A stretch of DNA of 63,980 bases, the filler included, from Dimargaris cristalligena (Eukaryota), in assembly GCA_003614675.1 (NCBI GenBank). It is 4 parts of 4 records of this genome, joined end to end, with 100 filler letters (N's around TTAATTAATTAA, not from the genome) between each part and the next. Parts side by side here need not be neighbours in the genome. Positions count along the whole stretch, not along the records: positions 48,649 to 63,980 come from ML002895.1; 3 more parts are not named here. One strand, 5' to 3'. Position numbers and translations under genes: made by a program. Position 1 is the stretch's first letter; each line of letters starts with the position of its first letter. The notes under the pieces were generated by a model, which worked only from the letters and a program-made list of their open reading frames with translations, was not told the DNA's origin and ran no database searches. Of this stretch, positions 49,382-61,433 are shown in pieces.

Positions 49382-50830
49382 AATAAAGCTAGAGGTTTTC
49401 ATTTATTCTTTCATTCATTTCAAACTTTCTAACATATCAGGCCCAAGTCATCACAAACTTTGGACTACACCTGTTTTCAATTCTGTGGAGTAAGCACTTT
49501 ACTACTGATGAAGCAAACTATCCTACTAATAATGGTAGTTAATCTGGGTCATTTGAAGAAACAATTCCTGTGCAGTATATACTAATGCTATTCATTTCCA
49601 CCATTAAGAGTTTGCCATATAATCCGACCATGCCACAATTCTGACAAATGCTTCTGCAAACTAATAAGGCCATATGAAGTCCAATTCCAAGTCAACAATT
49701 TGACAATCTCATTGATAATTTACTCAATTCCTTCAGAATTAATTAATCTTCTTAGCTGTCTACCACAGGATGCCCCATATTGGGCTCTCATTTGTCATTT
49801 ACAAAATCAAATCAGAACTTTATGACTGGGCCAGCAGCCTCCCTTGATTGTTGCTCCTGCCTTACTATTTATCTTGATCTGTATTATGTATGTCACAATG
49901 ATCTATCCTATTATATATCCAACCTCTTTTAGTGCTGATTCTAGTAAATTTAGTTAATGTATAGCTCTGGATCACCAGCTAACTTGGTTGTATAAAGCCA
50001 AGCTTTAAATAAAGAATTACTTAACCATACATGTTGCTTATTTTGCAAATAGCATGCAATTTGATACTTTGCCCTGTTGGTATGATACATGGCAGGTGAT
50101 ATCTATACTTACCATTTGAATCTCTTTTTGTATATTGTAATGTGTACCCTTTCAGTATGCTCTACCTTGGTGCAGACTATTTGAATCATTGTGTTGAATA
50201 TTTCTTCTTTATTTACAATGGCAATATGTAATTAGCCAACACCCCCTTCCCCTACCCACTCTTGGATAAGTGGGAATCCAACACTTGCTATTGTGTGGAG
50301 GTTGTAGCTACTGGTATCTCCAGTCAAAACCAAGTTTTTTTTGGATATATGTTGCATGCATATATGTCCACACAGTACCTATTGACCATCAGATTAGGTT
50401 ATCTCCACTTTTATGGCACCTGCCCTAATGATAGATGTAGCCTACTTTATAATCATTTATGATTACCAAAATACAGGAGGGGATATTTCTATAGCCCAGG
50501 TTTACTATTGGTTCTGTCTAGCTCATTTTATTTAATGTCAGACTGATTCAATAATAACTAGAGGGAAAACTAAGTACATGTAGTGGATACACCAGAAACG
50601 TCTGGCAGGTCACCTGGAACAGCCTCCCAGGGCTAGACTGGACACCCTCTTCTTTCATTTATGTCCACTGTTTTTCTACTTTCTGGCATTACTAATTCAT
50701 ACTAGAACGTAATATAGGAAAATATATGCCCAACAAAGGTTGTCAGATATTTATTTGACCATATTTGATGAAGTGTCTCCTGCAAAAGTCTCCAAAATTT
50801 TTTGGGATGACAAGTGTATTGTTGCCCAGT
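49382..50830. other. AT-rich, strongly CpG-depleted block, probably a decayed repeat or transposon
   Basis: By eye only a handful of CG dinucleotides in ~1.45 kb (e.g. ~49625, ~50599, ~50708), with abundant TG/CA. No long ORF and no recognisable family motif. Confidence 0.45.
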
Positions 50831-51931
50831 ATGACATGAGTTATTATCACCCGTGGATATCTGTGTTGAGATTATAAATCGGAGGGAGGGGGTGTGTAAA
50901 CACGGTGTCTTCCCGAAGCAACTTTATAGGGATATTAGAAGAGAGAAAGAACCGCATGTAGCACTTTTAACTACTTGCGGTTGGATCTATTGAGTTAGAT
51001 AAAAGCAATAATAAATATAGATTGGTGTCCCGAGTATAGGACTATCTAAACAGAGATCTTGAATTGGTGGGACGGGAAAAGGAATTGCCAGCATTTCGGT
51101 GTTTACCCAGACAGGTATTGTTTGAATTGCCTGCAAGCCACATTGGCCGGAATGCCCTATTATTATTTATAGCAATTGTTGTCGAACCTACTGCATATTG
51201 CAGCTAATTTATAACTATACTAACCACAACAATCCACATTCTATAGTACTGCAGCGGATTATAGTTTATAGTTGGATTTAGGTTAGGATGGTTATAATTA
51301 TCACTCAGCTGATTCCCACCTGATACATTGGGCCGGAGGTAATGGACAATCCCCTTTTGCCTTATTTATACACGATATAGCATATTGTAACGGGGAGGAT
51401 TATAGTCTGGGTAGGTTTCAGGTTGGAGTAATACTTTGATGGGCAACGTAGAGTGGCTGGAATGTGGGGTCGACGAATTAGGGAAGACGGCGGCTCTGCA
51501 CCTCTCCTGGTTGATTGGCTGTGACTGCTTTTGATTGGGCCTGCGGCCGCTGTCCAGGGGCACGTGCTTCTTCCAGCGTGTGCGGTTTCTCCTGTGTAAT
51601 TTTATTCATCAGACAGACTTTACCAATCCCTTCTCCCTCCTCTGCTGTATTATGGTATAGTATAGTGTGTTTGGTGGAGATCGCAGCTGGACTTATTATG
51701 GTGGTGATAAACTCTTCCCCTCCCTCATGTCGCCGCGCCTCTCCCCTATTATCACTGACTCCTTCCCCATTCCACACCACGCACATGACACCCTATATCT
51801 CTCTATATGAGACTGCTAAATTTTTCTTATAAAGGTAGCTTCGCTCAGCCTACCCGTTACTGGTTTGCCGCCTGTTTTTTTATAATCCGGTTCCTCTTTT
51901 GAACCTCCTTTTCCCTATTAGTCTGCCTTTT

Positions 51932-51933
<2 letters not shown>

Positions 51934-51964
<31 letters not shown>
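51934..51964. repeat. (TA)n microsatellite about 30 bp upstream of the PAH ATG (duplicate at 48882-48912)
   Basis: Seen directly. Confidence 0.9.
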
Positions 51965-51968
<4 letters not shown>

Positions 51969-51995
51969 TTAAAAAAATCCTTTGACTTATTTACC

Positions 51996-53699
51996 ATGCT
52001 ACGTCACCGCGTCCACTGGGCCCCCCGTACTTGGAAGACCCCCCTTTCCGCCGCCAGAGCCACAGCGCCGGCGCTCCCCACCCAGCGCCTCGCCTGGCTG
52101 CCCGCCTCGCAGCAGCCCCCGCGGTCCCGCCGATACTCCACGGCCTCCCACCCCGCCGCCCTACCGACTGAGACCCTCTCGCCTTCGCCTCCCACCCAAC
52201 AGGGCCCTCCGTCGTCGCGCACCACCCTGTCCTTTTCCATCACGGACCGGGTGGGTGTATTGGACGAATGTCTAGCCGCCCTGCGCAATCGGGCCATCTC
52301 CCTCACCCGCATCGAATCCCGACCCAGTCGCACCCCGGATTGGGACTACGACTTTTACGTGGACTTCACTGCCGATGCCCCCGCTACTGTCCAAACCGCC
52401 ATTACCGCCTTAAAGGGATTGGCCAAGAACGTACGGGTCATTACCACCCATGTAAGGGAGACTCCCGAGACCAAGCCTATCGTGGCCGCCTGCCCTTCAG
52501 CCGCCGGTAAGCCAGGGGCTGCTGAACGACCGTCCGCGGCGACCCTTCCCTCGGCTCCGACCTCGGACTCGGCTTCAGCTTCGGCCGCCGTTGGGGGCAC
52601 AGGTTCCGGCACGGGCAGCCAAGCGGTGGTGAACCCCGCTGTCCCGTTCAGCGTAGACAGCACCCCGTGGTTCCCCCTCCGCATGCGGGACTTGGACAGT
52701 TTCGCTGACCGCGTGCTGGCGATGGGCGAGGAGTTAGCCTCTGACCACCCCGGCGCCACTGACCCGGACTACCGACGGCGCCGCGGGCGCATCACGGAAA
52801 TGGCCAAGGCCTACCGAACGGGGCAGCCCCTTCCGCATGTGTCCTACACCCCCGCGGAAGTCCGTACGTGGGGGGCGGTATTCAACCAACTGACCTCGTT
52901 GTATCCCGACTACGCGTGCCGGGAGTATAACCATCTCCTGCCGCTCTTCGTGACTAACTGCGGGTACCGGGAGGACCATATCCCCCAGATCGAAGACATT
53001 TCCCGTTTCCTGCAGGAGTGCACCGGATTCACCCTGCGTCCGGTCATGGGCCTGCTCTCGTCCCGGGACTTCCTCAACGCCCTGGCCTTCCGGGTGTTTC
53101 ATTCCACCCAGTACATTCGGCATCCTTCCAAACCCCTTTATACCCCCGAGCCCGACGTGTGCCACGAATTGCTGGGCCACGTTCCCCTATTCGCTAATCC
53201 GGAATTCGCCGCCTTTTCGCAGGAAATCGGCCTTGCTTCCCTGGGGGCGTCCGACGCCGACGTGGAAAAGTTGGCCACTATTTACTGGTTCACCGTAGAA
53301 TACGGACTTTGCCGGGAAACGGTGCGCGGTCCCGATGGAACTCCCCAGTCGGTCGTCCGGGCTTTCGGGGCGGGCCTCCTTTCATCCTTCGGTGAGTTGG
53401 CCTACTCATTATCTGACCAGCCCGAGTACCGGGCCTTCGAACCCGCCCGGACGGCGGAACAAAAGTACCCCATCACCGAGTACCAGCCCGTCTATTTCGT
53501 GGCCGAGAGTTTCAAGGATGCCAAGGAAAAGGTGCGGGAGTTCGCCAAAACCCTTCAGCGTCCGTTCGATGTGCGTTACGACCCTTACTCCCAGCGCGTG
53601 ATTGTGCTGGATTCCAAGGAAAAGGTCCTGCGCTATGCCCAAACTATCAACTCGGACATGCAGACCTTGACGCATGCCCTGGAGAAACTTCATTCGTAG
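51996..53699 (+). CDS. PAH: Phenylalanine-4-hydroxylase (pterin-dependent aromatic amino acid hydroxylase) with ACT domain and putative mitochondrial presequence
   Basis: ACT domain: LSFSITDRVGVL...SLTRIESRPS...YDFYVD. Catalytic domain: PWFP, DHPGATDPDYRRRR, GFTLRPVMGLLSSRDFL..LAFRVFHSTQYIRH, YTPEPDVCHELLGHVP (Fe His ligands), YWFTVEYGL (Fe Glu), GAGLLSS, YQPVYFVAESF. C-terminal oligomerisation helix. Intronless. Confidence 0.95.
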   Translation: MLRHRVHWAPRTWKTPLSAARATAPALPTQRLAWLPASQQPPRSRRYSTASHPAALPTETLSPSPPTQQGPPSSRTTLSFSITDRVGVLDECLAALRNRAISLTRIESRPSRTPDWDYDFYVDFTADAPATVQTAITALKGLAKNVRVITTHVRETPETKPIVAACPSAAGKPGAAERPSAATLPSAPTSDSASASAAVGGTGSGTGSQAVVNPAVPFSVDSTPWFPLRMRDLDSFADRVLAMGEELASDHPGATDPDYRRRRGRITEMAKAYRTGQPLPHVSYTPAEVRTWGAVFNQLTSLYPDYACREYNHLLPLFVTNCGYREDHIPQIEDISRFLQECTGFTLRPVMGLLSSRDFLNALAFRVFHSTQYIRHPSKPLYTPEPDVCHELLGHVPLFANPEFAAFSQEIGLASLGASDADVEKLATIYWFTVEYGLCRETVRGPDGTPQSVVRAFGAGLLSSFGELAYSLSDQPEYRAFEPARTAEQKYPITEYQPVYFVAESFKDAKEKVREFAKTLQRPFDVRYDPYSQRVIVLDSKEKVLRYAQTINSDMQTLTHALEKLHS

Positions 53700-55367
53700 G
53701 CGCAGCGGTGGGAAGAGGTCAGGTGGAATACCCCAATGTATCACCATGCCTTTACCGTATGTTGTCCATGTATAACCTTCTCTAGCTGCAGGGGTCTTTC
53801 CTGAGTGTATAGACTCGGCCCAAATATTGTTGTTATTTTGCCCAAGATTTACGAATAGCAAATACACGGAGGGATCCCACCGCGGTACTGGTACAATTTA
53901 TTTACCAATATTCACCAGTTGGAGACCCCTTTCGTGTTGTAGATGCGCGGGGCTTACCGCTAGGTAGTCGGGCTGCACTTAGTAAGTCTATTTCCGGTAT
54001 ATACTAATAAATCCTAGGGTTTGCCCTATTTTCTAGCACCGGGGTGCTTTTTACCATTATTATCAATTGCATTGACGGAGTTAACTTTTTAAATGGTCAT
54101 CTTGGGGTATAGGGTTTGTATCCCGAGATTTAAGTTCCTACTGAGTAATTCTATTGCACTGATGTCTGTCTTCCAAAAAATGAACCCTGAAACCCATATG
54201 GCCCAGGTCTCCATAGCAACATGGTAGTTAGCAGGCCATGTGCCAGTGGGTTAGCGGCTGCTGTGGTATTATACACTGCCAAGGCGGTAAAAAAGCCCCG
54301 TGGTGGATTCACTTCCTTCCATTCAAGTTAGTAAATACATACATCCACATCCAATGGACTATTACCAGAGTTTCCTACTGAAGTCCACACCACCGAGCCA
54401 GTCTTACCCATTAGACCTCTTGGTTGGTAAGTCGCTTCTGGGGCATTAAACTTGGTGGGCTGTCGGGCCTCGGATGTGCAAATGGCCAAGCCTTTCTACC
54501 TTACCCATTAGGCCGGCTCTAGCCTACGGTCTGGTATCACGAATGACCGTCTCATTCTTTTGGAATATAGCCGGAATACATGCTGATCGTACGTGTACAA
54601 GGTCTTGGGAACTACTAAGGACACTGGCTAAGGGACGGTTATAGATGGCACCAACTATTTCACCAGATAGAGGAGAGGGTGGTCTGCTAAACTCTGTAGA
54701 GTGAGGAAGTCAGTAAAACCAACTGAGGCCGCTATCATAAAAATACGGCGCATTCCTATTTAGATACGGAAGATCTGATCCGTCCCTGTGGGCAATAAGC
54801 AAGGAGGGATGTTGTGGTACAGGCACGTGCAAAGGCGGCCACATTGGGCAAACCTTGACCCACTCGGTGATACAATAGCCCGTTTTTGAAAGTTCGGAAA
54901 TAAGGGGGCTGAACTTCGTGGCCTCAGCGAAATGCCGCCACCGTTGCATGCATAGTTAGCAACGGATGTGATTTAAGTGAAGATATACCACCCGAAGGTG
55001 TTCTATGCTTTTACTACAGCTTATTGTCGCCATTATAAGATTCAGTGTAACCGTGATTCAGCCGATTATTCAGAGCAAGCGCCGGTGGACTAATGCGGCT
55101 GAGGGGAAGCGCATCGATCATACTTACGGCTCCATCCGGTCCAGGTCGACTATAAAAGCACCCCCGTTTTGCCCTCTATCGGAATAATCATCACCCACTC
55201 TCTAGATGTCTTTACCTTGCCCTATCGCCCAGCTTTAAATTCCGCCTTTTTGACCATTACTCGGTTGTCCGCTTCGCTTATTCCCCCCTTTTTAACCCCA
55301 CCACTCTAATCTAGTACCTTATCGTACTTCTTCTTGTTCCGACTTTCCTTTGTAGACCTACTCCACA

Positions 55368-55880
55368 ATGAAGCTGCTCGCCGTTAGTATCCTGGCCGCT
55401 ACTCTGCCCACCGTGTTCGCCACCAGTCTTTCGACCGGCCGGGATTTCTTTCCGGCCACGTGTACCGCCAGCGACCTTCGCAAGATCCAACCCGCTGTGG
55501 AGGAACTGAATGCCATGGCGAGTCTCTATAATCCTACCGAGGTCCAAGTCGCTGTTGGCCATTTTATCCAAGAATACCATTATGCTGATCAATCTTGTCG
55601 CGATGAACAGGAGTGTAGCGGCCGTCGCGCTCAGTTGCGCGATTATTTGCAGTTGAAGCTGGACCAGCCGGGAACCTTGGACGACATGCCTACTACTTCC
55701 TCCTACTCACCCAAATACCGCCGCTCCATCGATTTTCTTGACCCCTTTGAGCTTGCCGATCGACGTTTTGAAGAACCTAATCCCTTGTCCTGCCCTTTGG
55801 GTATGCTTTACATGTTGCCTTGCTTGGCGGCCAATATTGGTATCGGCTGCTTTAAGTGCGTGACTTGCCAGATTGAATAA
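55368..55880 (+). CDS. Small secreted cysteine-rich protein, 170 aa
   Basis: Classical signal peptide MKLLAVSILAATLPTVFA. Eight Cys, five of them in the last ~30 aa. Good start context (cacaATG) and a TATAAAA at ~55151. Confidence 0.75.
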   Translation: MKLLAVSILAATLPTVFATSLSTGRDFFPATCTASDLRKIQPAVEELNAMASLYNPTEVQVAVGHFIQEYHYADQSCRDEQECSGRRAQLRDYLQLKLDQPGTLDDMPTTSSYSPKYRRSIDFLDPFELADRRFEEPNPLSCPLGMLYMLPCLAANIGIGCFKCVTCQIE

Positions 55881-57862
55881 GTCGTCTTGTGGTTTATGGA
55901 AGATGGTTTCGTATCCCTGTCCATCTAAGTTGACTATTGTATTCCCACTATGCAAATAAATGGTATATATGAATTGGACTCGATAGTATTATAGTTTATT
56001 CTTTTGGGGATGTAAAAATTCTAAAATGCTGGTGGTGGAGTCAAAACCAATGAAGACGAGAGACAGGGGGGGGTAGCTATGGCTGTTGGCTATAGTTGCA
56101 GGTTCACCTTAGCCATTATTACCAGATAGACATGTATATTCTGGCGGGTGTGTTTTGTTAAGCCGCCCCAATAGCCGGCCGCCACAAGTGTGGTTGGGGT
56201 ACATTGCCCCACTATGGATTAGTTTGGGGCGGAAAAATAGATGATACCATTTCTTGGGCACGGTGCTGGGTCCAAGATTACTCGACCAACTAAACCGATT
56301 GCATATAGTAGAGTGGGAGAAAGGGCTGGGGACCCCTTCGTCTCGGACCTTTACAAGCTCGGAATGCCAAGAGCGATATTTGCCATTCACCAGATCTAGC
56401 TTATAGGGACGGATCAGCAACGAGTAGCAGCACTCTCCGTAAGCCGGTCGAACCATATTCTAGCCAGCCCCGAATGGTCCACGGCCCTTATCTCAGACCG
56501 TGCGGCGATCTGGCTACCCAAATCAGCTAGTGTAAAAGGTTAATCAAATAGGGTGGTTCGTTAGGTTATGTATTGCCATCAGGCAAGCGAACACACCAAT
56601 AATACGCAGCCGCTTCTCTCTCCCTCTCTCTTGCAATTACGGAATGATGCGGCGGATAAGAAAGAAGCATTACTAAGGGCCTAGAAAAGTAGGGGGAACC
56701 AAGACTGCAGGGCAGGGGCAAGTGCAATGTAGTAACAATGTCATTCTTCTAGGGTGGTGTGGCCAAGCAGTGGATAAATAGAGCCCTAAAAGTGTATACA
56801 CTGTTCGTGTGACCCATGTGGGGGAGAGAGAAGGGCGTTTTGGGCAGCGATGATTGGATCAAGAAGAGCCTATCCAAGAACTCGGCAGTTACATACGATA
56901 TAGTGCTATTAATAATAATGCCCCCCCCCCGTGTGATGCTTTCTATAAACAATATAGTATAGTATAAGTAGAGTGGTATAAGGGGAGACTAATGAAGGGG
57001 TCCAGATAAGCACGTGATGCCAAATATCGAAGCGCGACTTCGCTACTCCCAGCTGATTCCGAACACACGGTGTCATGTCACTGCGATTATCGGGGTCGGG
57101 GTCGATATTATTAATGGGCCTGATCTTTATGGGGGCAATGGAGGCCCTCCGATCCGTTGGACTGAAGTCGCTGTGGCGGCAGCGCTCCTAAAAATGGCCG
57201 AGTGTAAGAAGGATATATGTAATAAATAATAAACACCTTGGGGAATCTCGCTGGGGATGATGGGAGCGCCAACCATCTGGGGGATATCACTGATATAGGA
57301 GACCTCCACAGGTCCATTCTTCTCTGGGTTGGCAGCTGTTGTCCCTCCTCCCTCTCCTGTACCATTACATTACCATGGCCAGTTAGACAAATGAGGCTAT
57401 GTATATTTGTGGTGGTCTATTATCCCTCCGTCCTGCGCCTGGACCGTACTATTCCATTGCCCTGTAGCCCGCGAGCAGCGCAGGTAGGTGTAGTAGAGGT
57501 GGATATGGGAGAAGGAGATGTGTGATGGCTCTTCGCCTTTAACACCTGCCCCGCGCTCAGCCCTCCCAACTAAAACCCCCTCGCACGCCGTTCCTTTGTA
57601 TCTATCTGTGCGCGACCCTCGCCACTTTCGTATATAACCCATCCGCTCCACACACCCCCTCGCAACTCTTGCCCTTTTCCATCCCCCGTTCCTTCGCTCT
57701 GGCCATTCCCCCTCACTCCATTCCATTCTACTCCACTCCATTCGACCAGACTAGACTAGACCTCTCTGCCCGTTATATTGCTTTTTTTATATTATTACTA
57801 TTATTGTATTGCCTTGCTCTATATATCGCTTTGTTTATACTCCCGGTTCCCGTTGCCCCCAC

Positions 57863-60800
57863 ATGTCTACAGATACCCCGTCGGGGTCCCTGGTCACCAT
57901 GAATACATCCGGCGATGCCTTTCCACCCGCCGCCAACCCCCAGTCCACCACCACCCCTCGATCCCGCACCGCTCGCATAGAGGTCACCATAGACCCTCGC
58001 ACATGCACTTTTTTCTCATACCCGGATCTCGTTCGTAAGCAATGCCCCCAGATTCTAGACCCTACCTCGCTCCAAGGAAAAAAGTCGGCTTCCCACATGG
58101 GTAATGGGCCCACCCAACCCCGCGGTCAGGGCGGTGACTCGGACCTCGGGGCCGCTGAGGACGATGGCGACGGTGACGACGACGACGATGAAGAAGAGGA
58201 AGAAGAAGAAGAAGCGGAAGACGACGTGGGCGGCGACTCCGACGCTTCCACATCCGACCCCGTGACCGCTACGGCCCAGCCGCCCAAATTCGGTGACGAT
58301 GCCTTCTTTGAGAATCTACTGAAGCGGGCTGAAAAATACGGCGACGATAAGCCCCAAAAAAGGGTCAGTGCCATGCAGCTATTATACCTCTCTCTCTCCC
58401 CCTCCCACCTAATGCATATTTGCGTAAAAAGTATCTTCGCTGGTCCCACTGGTCTAGCTCTATTCCCCCGCTTTGCTTAGTGGGAGAATAGTGTGGGGTT
58501 GGCTCTGATTCTTTTTCCCACTAGGCCTACCCGGGTTTCCGGCCCCTCCCTCACCCATGTTTGCTGCACTGTAGTTAATCCCATGACTGTCCGAGCGCAA
58601 CAATATCCGGCCTCCTTTTTAACCTGCGTAAACTCAGTCTGCTTAATATTTTCATACCCATATTTGTTTTTGCATTACCCAGAGGCGAGAAGCCCGAGTG
58701 AGTCTCTACGAGGACTACGACCTTCACGATCCATTTATCGACGATAGTGATATCCAGGGCCACGTCGAGGATGGCACTCGGTTACGGGAAGACGGATTTT
58801 TCGTGTTTTACGGCCCCCTAGAATTCGTCACCGAAGAAGAACCGTCCGATCCTGTTGCCGAGGAACTCCGGCCCAGCAAAAAGCGTAAAATGCAGAAGAA
58901 AAAGGACGAGGACAACGCCCCTAATATAACCCCTACTATCAAGGGTAAGGCCAAGGACAAGGACAAAGACAAGGAAAGGGACAAGGACAAAGATAAGGAT
59001 AAGGATAAACCCGCTGACGATACCACCGCTTCGGCCAACGGCAAATCAAAGAAAAAACCCCGTACGAATGGGGACAGTCCCCCTGATGAACCTTCCGCCA
59101 AAAAACCTCCTAAACCGAAACCTGCCAAATCCAATGACTCAACGGCCGAGCCGACCGTTTCTACAGCTACCAAGAAAAAACCGCCCTCGTCCGAAAAGGC
59201 CAAAAAACCCGTGGCGCCCATTAAACGTAAACTGAGCACAGACGGCGTTGCCGAGCCCACTCCCGCCCCTGTACCTGCCCCAATTCCAGCGACGTCAGCG
59301 GCACTCATGGACTCCTCCTCCAAATCAACTCCCCCGGCCACCGAAGGGCCCTCTAATTTCGGGACTAAACCCCCCCACCGTACCGAACAGGGCTACGATT
59401 CCGAGCCCGAACCCGAGCGTAAGCCCCTTCGGCCATCCATCTTCAATCTTATCGACCACGATGACGACGGAGACGATGAAGCGAACCAGTACGACTTCTC
59501 GCCCCTTAAATACCACGGCACATCCAATTCTTGCCGGGGACCAGCCCCTCCCCCAAGTTTTCCCGACCGAATGTCCGCCCGACCTCCATTCGAAGCCCTT
59601 TCAACTATTCATCCGTTTCGCAGTGCCGATAATACGCCCTGTAAACCCCCCCATACCGCCACGGAATCCCCACTGTCTGCCATGCGGCCCTTGATGCGCG
59701 AATCACCAGCACCGACACCAACCCCACCCACAATGCATAGCTACCCATCCTCGCCCCCTATCAAACCACCCCCCCGGACGCCTCCGTTAGACGATTCCCT
59801 CCTCCCCACATCGACCCCCTCCTCCGTCAATTCTGAGGCGCTCACCCAAGACTTTATTGCAGCCGCACATCGGGAAACCTTCGACAACCAAAAGAAATTC
59901 CCCACTGTACTTAAAACCATTCTCACTGACTTGGCCATGACCACCATGATCGAACTGGGTGCCCATTTTAGCGATGTGGGACATCTGGTGGCGGCCTACC
60001 AAGCCCTCAACGGGAGCAGTGATCCGGGGGCGACGGCCGCCGATAAGGACAAGCACAAGGACAAGGAGAAAGATAAGGCCCAAACCCCCTCATCCGATAC
60101 TACCGAGGCCGCCCCGAATACTTCATCATCCGCCTCCAAGCCGAAAGCCGGGACGACGGGGTCGAGCCTACGCAACCACGAGCTGGCCTTTGCGGTGGTT
60201 ACCCGCGACGGCAAATTACGGGAATTGCTCGATGCCAATTTTTACCGCCGGATCACCGAATGCGTTCCCTATAATCGCGCCACTATCCGCAAGGTCATCG
60301 CCCGCTTGACCCTGCAGGAACGCATTAAAATCAAGGAAACCCTGGCCCAGACGATTTTCAACCAACTCAAACAGCTTGTCGAAGCGGCGGTGGCCCAGTT
60401 ACCTCCCCTACCGCCACCCCAGCCATCCGCAGCCGCTTCTGCCATCCCAGCCCTACGTACGCCCGGGTCCACTGGTTCTAAACCGACCAGCCATCCTAAT
60501 ACTCCGCCCCCTCCACTACCCGCATTCAACTCCCAATCCCAAGCATCGCCTTCTCCCTCGGGACCGCCGCCGCAGGGAGGAAAACCACCCGGAAACGCAA
60601 CCACTTCCATCCCGATTAAACCGGAAAGGGACGACGGAACCTTCCCATCTTCACTGGCATCGTCGTCGGCGTTGCCATTAACGACGCCATTGCCGCAACC
60701 CCCACCCGTAGTGGTGGAATCGGCCCCTCCGGCCCCGAAACGCCCCGGAGGGCTGCACTACCTACTTAACCACTCCGACAGTGAAAAAGACCCCAGTGAC

Positions 60801-61433
60801 GATAATATATATGCTTCCGCGGTCGCTCCGACCGCTTCAGTAGACGAAGTCAGACCGGCTGACCGGGAGTCGCCCTTGGATGATACCGTAACGAGTAAAG
60901 GTAGGTATTATGCCGCTAGACCATTCTTGGTCAGCCTTTGATTAGGTTGGATTGTTTTTGGATTATAGATTAAGATATTTAGTTTTATATAGGTTGTTTG
61001 GTGAGGTCCCAGGGTCCTTTTAGTGAAAGGCGATGCCTTACCTATGTATGGCCGGCTTAATGGCTTAGACCTCATCACCAATTACTGCCCCTTGAATATC
61101 ACTAACCTAAACCTATAACATGTTATTCCACTCCCCTCGCACGGTACCACTGCCACCACCATGTCAGGCGTGACTCGCAAATTCCCCTGGACCGAACCGA
61201 TCCGCCAGTCCCTATGGACCTATGTTCAAAATGAAATTGAAATTGCTATCCTGCGTAGCCAGCTGGCCGAAGTGGAGGGCAAAACCCTGGTGGTTAAGGA
61301 AACTGCGATTCGGCGTGTTGCTTACCAGAAAGTACTGCCTCTCTGGCCAGAGGGTTGGACGACGACGATTGATATTAGCAAAGAGTATGGACTTAAGAAA
61401 CGCAAACTCGAGAAAAAGATGAGTGCCGGCTGA
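57863..61433 (+). CDS. HPC2: HIR/HIRA histone chaperone subunit Hpc2/ubinuclein. Exons 57863-58363, 58683-60900, 61168-61433
   Basis: N-terminal RIEVTI...FFSYPDLV and FFENLLKRAEKYG, HUN domain YEDYDLHDPFIDDSD...DGFFVFYGPL, middle domain FDNQKKFPTVLK...VPYNRATIRK, and C-terminal RKFPWTEPIR...LWPEGWTTTIDISKEY. Both introns are GT-AG and keep frame. Contains (KD)n and acidic tracts. Confidence 0.88.

Noticed and set aside
49900-50010. hAT-like transposase motif on the minus strand (W*SRAIH*LNLL)
   Set aside because: Too short and interrupted by stops, with no supporting DDE or TRW motifs found.
4809-53699. GDH, NRPS and PAH as one biosynthetic gene cluster supplying amino acids
   Set aside because: They lie on different gap-separated segments, are tens of kb apart and are interspersed with housekeeping genes.
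57706-57745. CCATT/CCACT pentamer run upstream of HPC2
   Set aside because: Short degenerate low-complexity sequence in a pyrimidine-rich leader, with no evidence of function.
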